This document shows positions 1-8,433 of a stretch of 49,283 nucleotides of DNA, one piece after another. This stretch comes from Alistipes onderdonkii. Lineage in GTDB: Bacteria > Bacillota_I > Bacilli_A > RFN20 > CAG-288. The notes under the pieces are model-generated. The model made no database searches, was not told where the DNA came from, and saw nothing but the letters and a program-made list of their open reading frames with translations. The stretch is from the NCBI GenBank assembly GCA_963589675.1, contig CAVALL010000001.1, forward strand, positions 1 through 49,283, given 5' to 3'. How positions within the stretch are numbered: position 1 is the first letter of the stretch; each line of letters starts with the position of its first letter. A program made the position numbers and the translations under genes.

Positions 1-74
1 ATTTATGTTTGCTACATGAGCCGTGCAGTAGACTATTTTTCAGCTACTGCATTGAGATATTAAAGGAGCATATC

Positions 75-833
75 ATGAAAAAAGAAATCAATTCGAAGTC
101 GAAAAGAAAATGGATCATGGGTGGTCTTGCCGCCTTTGCCTCAGTTGCACTGTTAACAACTGGTTTTGCAGTATGGATCGTTGGATCTTCCAAAACTGAT
201 GACAGCAAAGACGTCAATGTCACTGTTGATACAGCTAACAACAAGAGCATTGTCTTCACTTGGAATGCAGGTGCTGATTCCGCCATTGAATTAAAGGAAG
301 CCAGTGCTGTCACTGATGGCAAGATTGTCAATGTTTCCAGCGCAGATGATGTCGCCACTAATCCATTGCAGATTTCCTATGCTGCATCTACCATCACCTT
401 TGGTACTTCTTATGACTTCAAATTCAAATCTATTCAGTTCTCTATTGAGGAACCGAAAGCAGAAGGAACAGATTATGCTTCTGTCAAAGCAGTTGGAAAT
501 AAATTGACCGGCGACTATGCTCGTAAAACTGGTGATTACACATATATTGCTGCCCCTAAAGCACTTAGCATTGCAAGTTTGAATCCTGTTGAAAGTGGAA
601 ACACTAAAACAATCACTCTTCCTGCTGGAACCCTAGATTTCTCTTGGGGAACATTCTTCGATAGCGAATCTCCTGCTACTTTCTACAATACAAAGTATGC
701 AAACGAAGATGATCAGACTAAGTTAGCTAAGGCTGCTGATGAGATCACAACCGAATTGACTGATATGTACAAGCAGCTCAATGGAAAGAAAATCAAATTG
801 GTTGCCACCTTATCTGAGACTGAAGTTGCCTAA
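75..833 (+). CDS. Secreted protein, family paralog A, with SipW-cognate-like N-terminal signal; function unknown
   Basis: ORF 9..833. AAGGAG at 63-68 lies 6 nt before ATG 75. The N-terminus is a basic stretch (KSKRKW), then a hydrophobic helix ending TTGFAVWIVGSS, then DVNVTVD. The C-terminal FSWGTFF..P motif is shared with the next ORF. Confidence 0.6.
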   Translation: MKKEINSKSKRKWIMGGLAAFASVALLTTGFAVWIVGSSKTDDSKDVNVTVDTANNKSIVFTWNAGADSAIELKEASAVTDGKIVNVSSADDVATNPLQISYAASTITFGTSYDFKFKSIQFSIEEPKAEGTDYASVKAVGNKLTGDYARKTGDYTYIAAPKALSIASLNPVESGNTKTITLPAGTLDFSWGTFFDSESPATFYNTKYANEDDQTKLAKAADEITTELTDMYKQLNGKKIKLVATLSETEVA

Positions 834-848
834 TCGGAGTATTCAATC

Positions 849-1619
849 ATGAACAAGTTCAATAAAGGCAAAACCATTGGAATCGTTGCTGCTTCTTTAG
901 CCGCTGTTTCTGTGTTTGGTATTGGCTTCTCTACATGGATTATCAATACTACTACAAATAAAGTAGAAACGTCTGATATTACCGTTGTGGTAGCTGATAC
1001 AAAGGATATTTCCGTTATCATCAGCAATGCAAAGGTAAGCGAGTCTGATAATTCTGTGAAATTTGATGCTGATGAAGAGAAGATGAATAAAGCAACTGAT
1101 CATTTGCTATCTTGCAGCTCTGGTGATAAGGAAGATTTATCTTTCACTCTTACCTATGATGTCACTGTCGGTACCGATGCATCTGCATGGCAGATTAAGG
1201 CTGCTATTGATGATGGCACTACTGGTACAAATGGCAAATTCGAAACTGCAGTCAACACAAGAAAATATATTGCTCTTCCTTCTACATTAGGAATCACTAA
1301 TGGTGTTGAATGCTTGAACCAAGCTAGCAAGACTGATACTGATACTGGATTGACAGTCACTGCATCAACCACATCTGGTGCAACAAACAAGACCTATTCT
1401 ATTAGTCAGACCTTCACATTCTCTTGGGGGCTTGCATTTGCTAATAAGAATCCAGTTGAAGTTACTGGCGCCGATGAAATCTATACTCAGGGCGCAACTG
1501 ATGGTACTACTACCACAACTGCTACTCTTGATAATTTGACCGCCAATACAAAGAAAATGAAGGAATTAGGATTAGGAACGTTCAAAGTCATCCTTTCTGT
1601 CGGTGCAGTCTCCAAATAA
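849..1619 (+). CDS. Secreted protein, family paralog B, with the same N-terminal signal motif; function unknown
   Basis: ORF 849..1619, 15 nt after the upstream stop. N-terminus is MNKFNKGK, a hydrophobic stretch ending FGIGFSTWIINTT, then DITVVVAD. FSWGLAF..NP near the C-terminus parallels paralog A, and the size is similar (256 aa). Confidence 0.6.
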   Translation: MNKFNKGKTIGIVAASLAAVSVFGIGFSTWIINTTTNKVETSDITVVVADTKDISVIISNAKVSESDNSVKFDADEEKMNKATDHLLSCSSGDKEDLSFTLTYDVTVGTDASAWQIKAAIDDGTTGTNGKFETAVNTRKYIALPSTLGITNGVECLNQASKTDTDTGLTVTASTTSGATNKTYSISQTFTFSWGLAFANKNPVEVTGADEIYTQGATDGTTTTTATLDNLTANTKKMKELGLGTFKVILSVGAVSK

Positions 1620-1640
1620 AGGAATAACTAATCTGTCAGA

Positions 1641-2753
1641 ATGACAACTGTTGAAATCATCACTTTATTCATCACAATCTTATGTCTCATCAGTTTCTGT
1701 GCTGTCTTTACTATTCTGTTCAATCATTATTACAAATCAAATATTGAATCGGTGTCCTCTGGCAAGGAGGACATCGATTTGATTGATAATGCAATCGATG
1801 AAGAAAAAGAAAAGAAGAGTAAAACAAAGAAGACATGGAAACTGGTAGGTAAGATTTTTTCGTATGTTCTATTAGGTGTAGTGTTCTCGTTCTTTGTTTT
1901 CTCACTTGTCTCTAGGATTCAAGGTAATACGATGCTCTTTGGTAATTCTACCATGGTAGTCATTGCATCAGGTTCTATGTCAGAGAGAAATAATAATACG
2001 ATCAAAGCACATCCGGAACTGACCAATCAGTTTGATACTTATGACATCATTGGTATCAGTAAGTATCAGAGTCAGGATGAGGTTGCTTTATATGATGTCA
2101 TCGCCTATAAGAACAAGAAGAACGTTACGATTGTTCATCGTATCGTGGAAGTGAATAAGGATGAGAAGACAGGTACTACCACTTATCTGACACAGGGAGA
2201 CTCAAATCTCTATTCTGATAATACAGGTGGCTCACAATATACTGGATATCTTACCTATGATAAAATCATCGGTAAGTATGATGGTAGGAGAATCAAAGGA
2301 TTAGGTATCTTCGTTATCTTCCTTCAGTCTTCTGCTGGTATTGTCACAGTGTTATCTGTTGTATATTGTCTATTTATGTATGACTATCTCTCCAACAAGT
2401 ATAAGAAAGCAATTGTAGAGAGAACGAATATGCTCGTGAATCTGATTGACTATGATCTCAGTCATGAGGATGCAGATGATGTAGTCTCTAACTATCATGA
2501 GACACTCTTATACAAGAACAAGCTATACACTTTCCAGGATGGTAAATTCATCTCGAAAGAGGATAGCGATACCGAAATCACGAAACTGAATGATCATATG
2601 GTATTTGTGAAACGTGAGAATGGTACAATCACTATTACAGTGACAGATACAAGAGACAACACATCTAAAGTTTATGAAAATGTTTCTGAAGAAGACTCTA
2701 AGGATTTAAGTAAATTCATTCCTGATGATAAATCGGAAGAGAAAGCTGAATGA
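1641..2753 (+). CDS. Signal peptidase I, SipW/archaeal-ER type (S26B), with extra N-terminal TM and about 130-aa charged C-terminal tail
   Basis: Catalytic-box motifs are present: ASGSMSE (Ser box), TIVHRIVEV (His box) and TQGDSNLYSDN (GDNN-like box). There are two N-terminal hydrophobic helices and one after the catalytic domain, then a long acidic/basic tail. Confidence 0.75.
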   Translation: MTTVEIITLFITILCLISFCAVFTILFNHYYKSNIESVSSGKEDIDLIDNAIDEEKEKKSKTKKTWKLVGKIFSYVLLGVVFSFFVFSLVSRIQGNTMLFGNSTMVVIASGSMSERNNNTIKAHPELTNQFDTYDIIGISKYQSQDEVALYDVIAYKNKKNVTIVHRIVEVNKDEKTGTTTYLTQGDSNLYSDNTGGSQYTGYLTYDKIIGKYDGRRIKGLGIFVIFLQSSAGIVTVLSVVYCLFMYDYLSNKYKKAIVERTNMLVNLIDYDLSHEDADDVVSNYHETLLYKNKLYTFQDGKFISKEDSDTEITKLNDHMVFVKRENGTITITVTDTRDNTSKVYENVSEEDSKDLSKFIPDDKSEEKAE

Positions 2754-2770
2754 TATTAGGAGGTAGGAAA

Positions 2771-4600
2771 ATGCTCAAGACTCATTTGACGAGAAAGAAT
2801 CTCATCGGCGTTGCCATGATGTTCTTCTACGGCCTTTCGGTGCTGATTGCTGGACTTGCAATCGACGGCAACAATCCGGTGTTTGCAAAGAACAATCCAA
2901 TCCAGAACTTGGCGGCATCGATGTTCAAGGTAAAGGATATCAATGGAATCACGACAAAAGGTGTTCCGGCAGGATCGGTTCAAGCCTATATCATATTGAT
3001 TCTCTTTGTCATCTATATTGTTCTTTGTACAGCAGCTATCATTTATGAAGTTAGACTTGCAAAGTACTATGATGAGAATCCCTTATCCTTTAAATGGTGG
3101 ATGGTCTATATCATCACATTCTTAGTCTGTGGTGGATTGTGGACTGGTATCTCTATGGTATCCCAGATTTCGGATAAGCCTTTTGGATACTATATCGCTA
3201 ACTCCTATCTATTCTTACTTGAATCCATTGTCTTTGGTTTCATTGTCTTTGTTGTCTTAGGCTCCATCATCTTCAATGTCTGTCTCCTTGTCGTCAATTT
3301 CAAGAATATCAATAAGCCGTTTAAGTTCTTCGATGATTCCGAAGAAGAACAGAAGGCTGAACAGGAAAAGGAAGAAGAGGAGAAGAGAGCATTAGAGCAA
3401 GGTCAGCTTGCTGAATCCTTCGGTGAAGGTGGTTCCACTAATGGTGGAACGGTCTCTGGAGGTGCTTCTACTGTTGGTACAGATGATTCCTCTCCTTTAA
3501 AGGAGAAGGAAAGAGTTTTCCCAGGTCTTTGCTCTATCGACTATATGAACAGTGCTCTTCCTGTCGATAACTTCGAAGACGACTTATCCTTGAGTGAAAT
3601 CTGTGTCCGTTTCCGTAACTATTTAGCTGATAAGGAAGGATTATACTTCTCTCCTATCTATATTGAAGAATTCATCTCTGGTCTTGCAGCTAGCCGCTTC
3701 ATCATCTTAGAGGGTCTATCCGGTACTGGTAAATCCTCTCTTGCCCGTTACTTCTCTGAATTCATTTCCGAGAAATCCTACTTTGAAGCAGTCCAGGCTA
3801 CCTGGAGAGACCGTACCTCAATCTTAGGTTACTACAACGACTTCTCTAAGACCTATAACGAGACTGAGTTCTTGAAGAGACTCTATGATGCTACATATAA
3901 GAAGAATCATATCAACATCATGGTCTTAGATGAACTCAACATCTCCCGTGTTGAATACTACTTTGCAGACTTCCTCTCTGTCCTTGAATATCCTCAGGAT
4001 GAATGGAAACTGAAGATCATGCAGTTCCCGTATGACTTCGATGCTCCAGAACATCTTGAAGACGGTGTCTTACAGATTCCGGAGAATACCTACTTCATCG
4101 GTACTGCCAATAAGGATGAATCCACCTACACCATCACTGACAAGGTCTATGACCGTGCTATCACAATCGACTTCGATGATAGAAATGAGCCGTTTGCTGT
4201 CTCGGGTGATAGCGATAAGATCTCCTTATCCTATGCACGATTACAGGAACTCTTCTCTGATGCTATCAATAATGAATCCAACCAGCTCTCTATGGACGAA
4301 TACAAGAAGTTCAAGACTCTTACTGACTTTACCTATGATATGTTTGATATCACCTTCGGTAACCGTATCATGAGACAGATTCAGCTCTTTGTTCCTGTCT
4401 TTGTCGCTTGCGGCGGTGAGAAGAATGACGCTCTTGACTTCATGTTTGCTAGAAAAGTCGTCAGCAAATTAGAGGGTAGATTCGAAGACTATGTCAAGGA
4501 AGGACTTATCGATCTGAAGGCTTTGATCGTCAAGACCTATGGAGAGAACAGCTTCCCCCAGACAAGTCATATGATTGATAAACTCATCCGTAAACTCTAA
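2771..4600 (+). CDS. Membrane-anchored McrB-like AAA+ NTPase (4-TM N-domain, low-complexity linker, McrB-type ATPase)
   Basis: ORF 2750..4600; AGGAGG at 2758-2763 favours ATG 2771. The first about 190 aa contain four hydrophobic helices. An acidic/Gly-Ser linker follows (EEEQKAEQEKEEEEKR..GGSTNGGTVSGG). ATPase motifs are Walker A GLSGTGKSS, Walker B IMVLDELN followed by ISRVEYYFADFLSVLE, and FIGTANKDEST. This is the pattern I recognise from McrB/COG1401 ATPases. Confidence 0.7.
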   Translation: MLKTHLTRKNLIGVAMMFFYGLSVLIAGLAIDGNNPVFAKNNPIQNLAASMFKVKDINGITTKGVPAGSVQAYIILILFVIYIVLCTAAIIYEVRLAKYYDENPLSFKWWMVYIITFLVCGGLWTGISMVSQISDKPFGYYIANSYLFLLESIVFGFIVFVVLGSIIFNVCLLVVNFKNINKPFKFFDDSEEEQKAEQEKEEEEKRALEQGQLAESFGEGGSTNGGTVSGGASTVGTDDSSPLKEKERVFPGLCSIDYMNSALPVDNFEDDLSLSEICVRFRNYLADKEGLYFSPIYIEEFISGLAASRFIILEGLSGTGKSSLARYFSEFISEKSYFEAVQATWRDRTSILGYYNDFSKTYNETEFLKRLYDATYKKNHINIMVLDELNISRVEYYFADFLSVLEYPQDEWKLKIMQFPYDFDAPEHLEDGVLQIPENTYFIGTANKDESTYTITDKVYDRAITIDFDDRNEPFAVSGDSDKISLSYARLQELFSDAINNESNQLSMDEYKKFKTLTDFTYDMFDITFGNRIMRQIQLFVPVFVACGGEKNDALDFMFARKVVSKLEGRFEDYVKEGLIDLKALIVKTYGENSFPQTSHMIDKLIRKL

Positions 4601-4605
4601 AGGAT

Positions 4606-5991
4606 ATGGCCGATAGCAAAGATTTTCTTGTTGATTTCACCGATAAAATCAAGAATGAGATAGGAAACAAGCCTATCGGTTTTTATCATGCCTTAGATAC
4701 TCTTACCTATTACGAACCCTATCATTTTGATGAGGAGAAGAACAAGTTAGATGATTTGAAAAAGGTATCGGATAAGATCTTATCGATCCTTTATCATCCT
4801 GCATTTCATGCAGAGACGAGTGAAGTTATCCTTCGAAGCGAATTATCCGGAAAACTATCTCATGAATCCTTCTCCGATACGATGCAGGATCCAAAGCTCT
4901 GGAAAGAGAAGAACAGTAGAATGGTTCCGGAGTATGTCCATACTGTGGAGACTGTTGATAGCATCGATATCTATGAGAATAGATTCATCTCTCTTCTCAT
5001 CGATGAGATCAATGATGATATCGATACTTCCTTAGATGATATGACTCCGATGGTGGAATCCTTCTCTGAACATTATCAGAGCAATCAGTTTACTTTCGGT
5101 ACCTATTCTCCTTTAAGAGACATGAGAAAGAAGTATTATCCCTATACTTCCTTTATCCTGAAAGGCAATGGTTCGAAAGAGGAACTCTATGCCACAGCGA
5201 AGAGAATCAAGAGAAGAATGAAGAATATGAGAGGAACAGAGTTCTATAAGATTACTTCAAAGCATGAGATCTCTCATTCTATAAGACCTACCAATATCCT
5301 GATTCACGATAAACTGTATTCCTACTGCTATCGCTATTATGTATCTCATTATCGCAGTAAGGATATGGAAGAGAGAAAGAAACAGATTCTCTATTTCAAT
5401 TACTTCTTTACCTCTTTCCTTCATCTTTTGAAGAAGAGAGAACTCATCAAGGAAGAGAATATGCCTATTCTTTCCATTGATAAGGAAGACATGGTCTCTT
5501 TCTCTTCCTTCTCTATTGAACATTATCCCTTTACTCTTACATTTAAAGAGGATAAGAAGAATGTAGCACTGATAGTCGATGTTACGCTTCACTATGATAA
5601 AAGGGATATCAGCTCTACTTACTATCTCTTATGCCGAGATAAGTACAGTGAGAAGAATGCCTCCTCTATTTGTTCTATTCGTGATGAGAACTTGGATAAG
5701 AGATTTATCCTCATCACTCTAAACAATATCTTAAAAGACTACAATTCCACTCTTACCTTCTCTTATCGAAGAGAGAAGAATGAGATGCTATTAGATGACC
5801 TATTATCTTCGATGACAATTCTCATCGATGCGAATAAGGAGTTCTATACTGGATTTTGTCCCGTATGCGGAAAGAATGAAATCCGCTTCGATGGAGAGAA
5901 ATATATCTGTCAGAACTGCCATAGTGAATACGTGATGGATAAGATTGATGATGATACCCTGTTATGGATTCAGTCTTATCGAAAGGAGTGA
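4606..5991 (+). CDS. McrC/DUF2357-like partner protein with C-terminal CxxC-x13-CxxC zinc ribbon (tentative)
   Basis: Starts 5 nt after the ATPase stop. The segment DSIDIYENRFISLLIDEI resembles the conserved ENR-containing segment of McrC-type partners (from memory). The C-terminus is CPVCGKNEIRFDGEKYICQNC. I could not see a clean PD-(D/E)xK motif; the closest is LIVDVTLHYDK. Confidence 0.45.
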   Translation: MADSKDFLVDFTDKIKNEIGNKPIGFYHALDTLTYYEPYHFDEEKNKLDDLKKVSDKILSILYHPAFHAETSEVILRSELSGKLSHESFSDTMQDPKLWKEKNSRMVPEYVHTVETVDSIDIYENRFISLLIDEINDDIDTSLDDMTPMVESFSEHYQSNQFTFGTYSPLRDMRKKYYPYTSFILKGNGSKEELYATAKRIKRRMKNMRGTEFYKITSKHEISHSIRPTNILIHDKLYSYCYRYYVSHYRSKDMEERKKQILYFNYFFTSFLHLLKKRELIKEENMPILSIDKEDMVSFSSFSIEHYPFTLTFKEDKKNVALIVDVTLHYDKRDISSTYYLLCRDKYSEKNASSICSIRDENLDKRFILITLNNILKDYNSTLTFSYRREKNEMLLDDLLSSMTILIDANKEFYTGFCPVCGKNEIRFDGEKYICQNCHSEYVMDKIDDDTLLWIQSYRKE

Positions 5992-5996
5992 AATAG

Positions 5997-6800
5997 ATGG
6001 AAAAGCAAAACAATACATTTTCTCCTTTCATGAAGAACAAGGAGAAGAAAGAAGAAATCAAAAGAGAAGTGATTCTCTCTGTCACTGATCTTCATAAATC
6101 CTATGGAAAGAAGGAAGTCTTAAAAGGAATCAATATGGAAGTCTATAAGGGTGAAGTATTTGGCTTCATCGGTAAGAACGGTGCCGGTAAATCGACAACG
6201 ATTGACTGCATCGTCGGACTAAAGGACTTCAACGAAGGCAAGATCATCTTAAACGGACACAACGTCAAAGAGAATCCAATCGATGCTAAGATGTCGTTAG
6301 GATATGTGCCAAGTGAACCTGTGACCTATGAAGTCATGACGGGATTAGAATATCTTCAGTTTGTCGCTTCCAGTTACAATATGTATCAGGAAGCATTCGA
6401 TAAGAATTACGAATTTTTGAAGAACAAGTTCATGATCTCAGATGCCGACTTAAACAGAAAGATCAGAGAATACTCTCATGGTATGAAACAGAAGGTCTGC
6501 CTTATGGCATCTCTCATTCATAATCCGACTATCTGGATACTGGATGAACCGACTGTCGGTTTGGATATCATCGTCTATCAGACGCTCATGGATATGCTAA
6601 AAGAGTTTGCGAAAAACGGTAAGACTGTCTTCATCACATCCCATAATATCGACTTAGTTTCCCGTGTCTGTAACCGCGTTGCTATCATCAACAACGGTGT
6701 CGTTGCTGAACTGATCGACTTCAATAAGGAACCATTGAAGAGAAGAAATCTCAGCGAAATCTTCTTCTCTACCTATGCTGTTGAAAAGGAAGACAAATAG
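5997..6800 (+). CDS. ABC transporter ATP-binding protein
   Basis: Walker A GKNGAGKST, signature-like YSHGMKQK, Walker B IWILDEPTVGLD and H-loop ITSHN. Starts 5 nt after the upstream stop. Confidence 0.9.
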   Translation: MEKQNNTFSPFMKNKEKKEEIKREVILSVTDLHKSYGKKEVLKGINMEVYKGEVFGFIGKNGAGKSTTIDCIVGLKDFNEGKIILNGHNVKENPIDAKMSLGYVPSEPVTYEVMTGLEYLQFVASSYNMYQEAFDKNYEFLKNKFMISDADLNRKIREYSHGMKQKVCLMASLIHNPTIWILDEPTVGLDIIVYQTLMDMLKEFAKNGKTVFITSHNIDLVSRVCNRVAIINNGVVAELIDFNKEPLKRRNLSEIFFSTYAVEKEDK

Positions 6801-6812
6801 AAAGGACATTCG

Positions 6813-8432
6813 ATGTTTTTAGAACTGCTTCGAAAAGAGTTCATCGAGAAGAAGAGTCAGGAGAAACAGAGCACTTCTATGGTTGTTCTCTCCTATCTTT
6901 TACGTGGAATCCTTCTTGCTCTTTTCATTGCACTCGAATGCTATATTGCAATCGCTTTGGATAAGAAGATTGTCCAGTATTCTAGTTATGGATCATTTGA
7001 TTTCCTTGTCCTCTTCCTCTTTGTGATGATGGGACTGAATCTGTTATTCACATTAGTCAAAGCGAGAAAATCAATCTTTGATCATAAGGATAGTTCCGTT
7101 GTCCTTCCTCTTCCCATCTCTCCATCGACACAGGTATTCAGCAAAGTTGTTTATCTTTATATCGAAGCGATACTCTTTGCACTATTTACAAGCACACCAC
7201 TTCTTATCTGCTATGGAGTGAGTAGACACTATATCCCATACTATTACATCTTCTCTATCCTTTATCCGATTTTCATCTCGATATTCTCCGTTGGCATCTC
7301 ACTTTTGTTATCCATTATCTACCAGCAGATTTACAAGATTATCAAGAAGAGTGATATCCTTCAGTTCATCATGGCATGTGTGGTTGTTGTCTCAGCCTGC
7401 TACTTCTATCAGTTTGTATTGAATCTGTTCTTAACTGCTTTGAATGACTCTTCTATCGGTGGTGTCTTCTCTTCTGACTTTGTCGATGGATTACATAAGG
7501 CAAGATACTATTTCCTTCCTGTCTATCATCTGATGGACTCTGTGATTGAGAAAGGACAGTTAGCCAGTGACATTCTGATATTCATCGGTGCCTCTCTTCT
7601 TTCTGCTATCTTAGGTGTTTCTACGACTAGCCTTTGCTATTTCCACGAGATCAAGCTTGGTGAACACTCAGAGTCTAAGGCAAAGAAGAACAAGAATACA
7701 AAGTTACTTTCTCCATTCAAGGCATTAGTCAAGAAGGAACTGGATTTGTTATTCAAGGATGAGACCAATCTCTTTTCCTATACTTCCTTATTGATTTTAT
7801 GTCCGTTCCTTACCTTTGCTGTCATCTCTTCTTTGAATTCCATCATCTATGATAATCTTCGTTTCTATGCTTCCTATTTCCCAGAGTTAGTCTCTGGAAT
7901 TAATTTAGTTTTGATCCTTCTTTTCTCCGGTGTCATCAATGCGTCGGCATCCTTATCGATGTCGAGAGAGGGAAAGTCTCTTATCATCGTCAAGTATCTT
8001 CCTGTTTCCCCTTTGAAACAGATTTTAGCGAAGATTATCATTCCGATCTTCTTCTCTTTCCTCTCCTTATTTGTCACGGAGATTGTATTGATCTCTACAG
8101 GTATCATTACTCTTCCTGTCTTCTTCTCTTCTTTCTTTATCGGCACTCTTCTTCTTGTCTTTTCCAATGTCTTTGGTATCTACTGTGATATGCATGACAA
8201 AGAAGGAGAGAACAGAAAGGTAAAGCTCTCTGTCATCAATGACATCATTCCTCTTGTCCTTCCTCTTATCATCTTTGCTCTTTTCTTTGTCTTCTCTGTC
8301 TATGTCAGGATCCCGTCATGGTCCTTATATCTGATTGCATCTCTATTCTCTCTTCTTGTCTTATCTCCTTCCTTCTTTGCTTTGAAGAAGAGATATCAGA
8401 AAGCATTCGTGAAAATGGAGGTGAGCAATTAG
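6813..8432 (+). CDS. Polytopic membrane protein, putative ABC exporter permease partner
   Basis: 539 aa and almost entirely hydrophobic helices (at least 10). It sits immediately downstream of the ABC ATPase. There are no other recognisable motifs. Confidence 0.6.
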   Translation: MFLELLRKEFIEKKSQEKQSTSMVVLSYLLRGILLALFIALECYIAIALDKKIVQYSSYGSFDFLVLFLFVMMGLNLLFTLVKARKSIFDHKDSSVVLPLPISPSTQVFSKVVYLYIEAILFALFTSTPLLICYGVSRHYIPYYYIFSILYPIFISIFSVGISLLLSIIYQQIYKIIKKSDILQFIMACVVVVSACYFYQFVLNLFLTALNDSSIGGVFSSDFVDGLHKARYYFLPVYHLMDSVIEKGQLASDILIFIGASLLSAILGVSTTSLCYFHEIKLGEHSESKAKKNKNTKLLSPFKALVKKELDLLFKDETNLFSYTSLLILCPFLTFAVISSLNSIIYDNLRFYASYFPELVSGINLVLILLFSGVINASASLSMSREGKSLIIVKYLPVSPLKQILAKIIIPIFFSFLSLFVTEIVLISTGIITLPVFFSSFFIGTLLLVFSNVFGIYCDMHDKEGENRKVKLSVINDIIPLVLPLIIFALFFVFSVYVRIPSWSLYLIASLFSLLVLSPSFFALKKRYQKAFVKMEVSN

Positions 8433-8433
8433 T

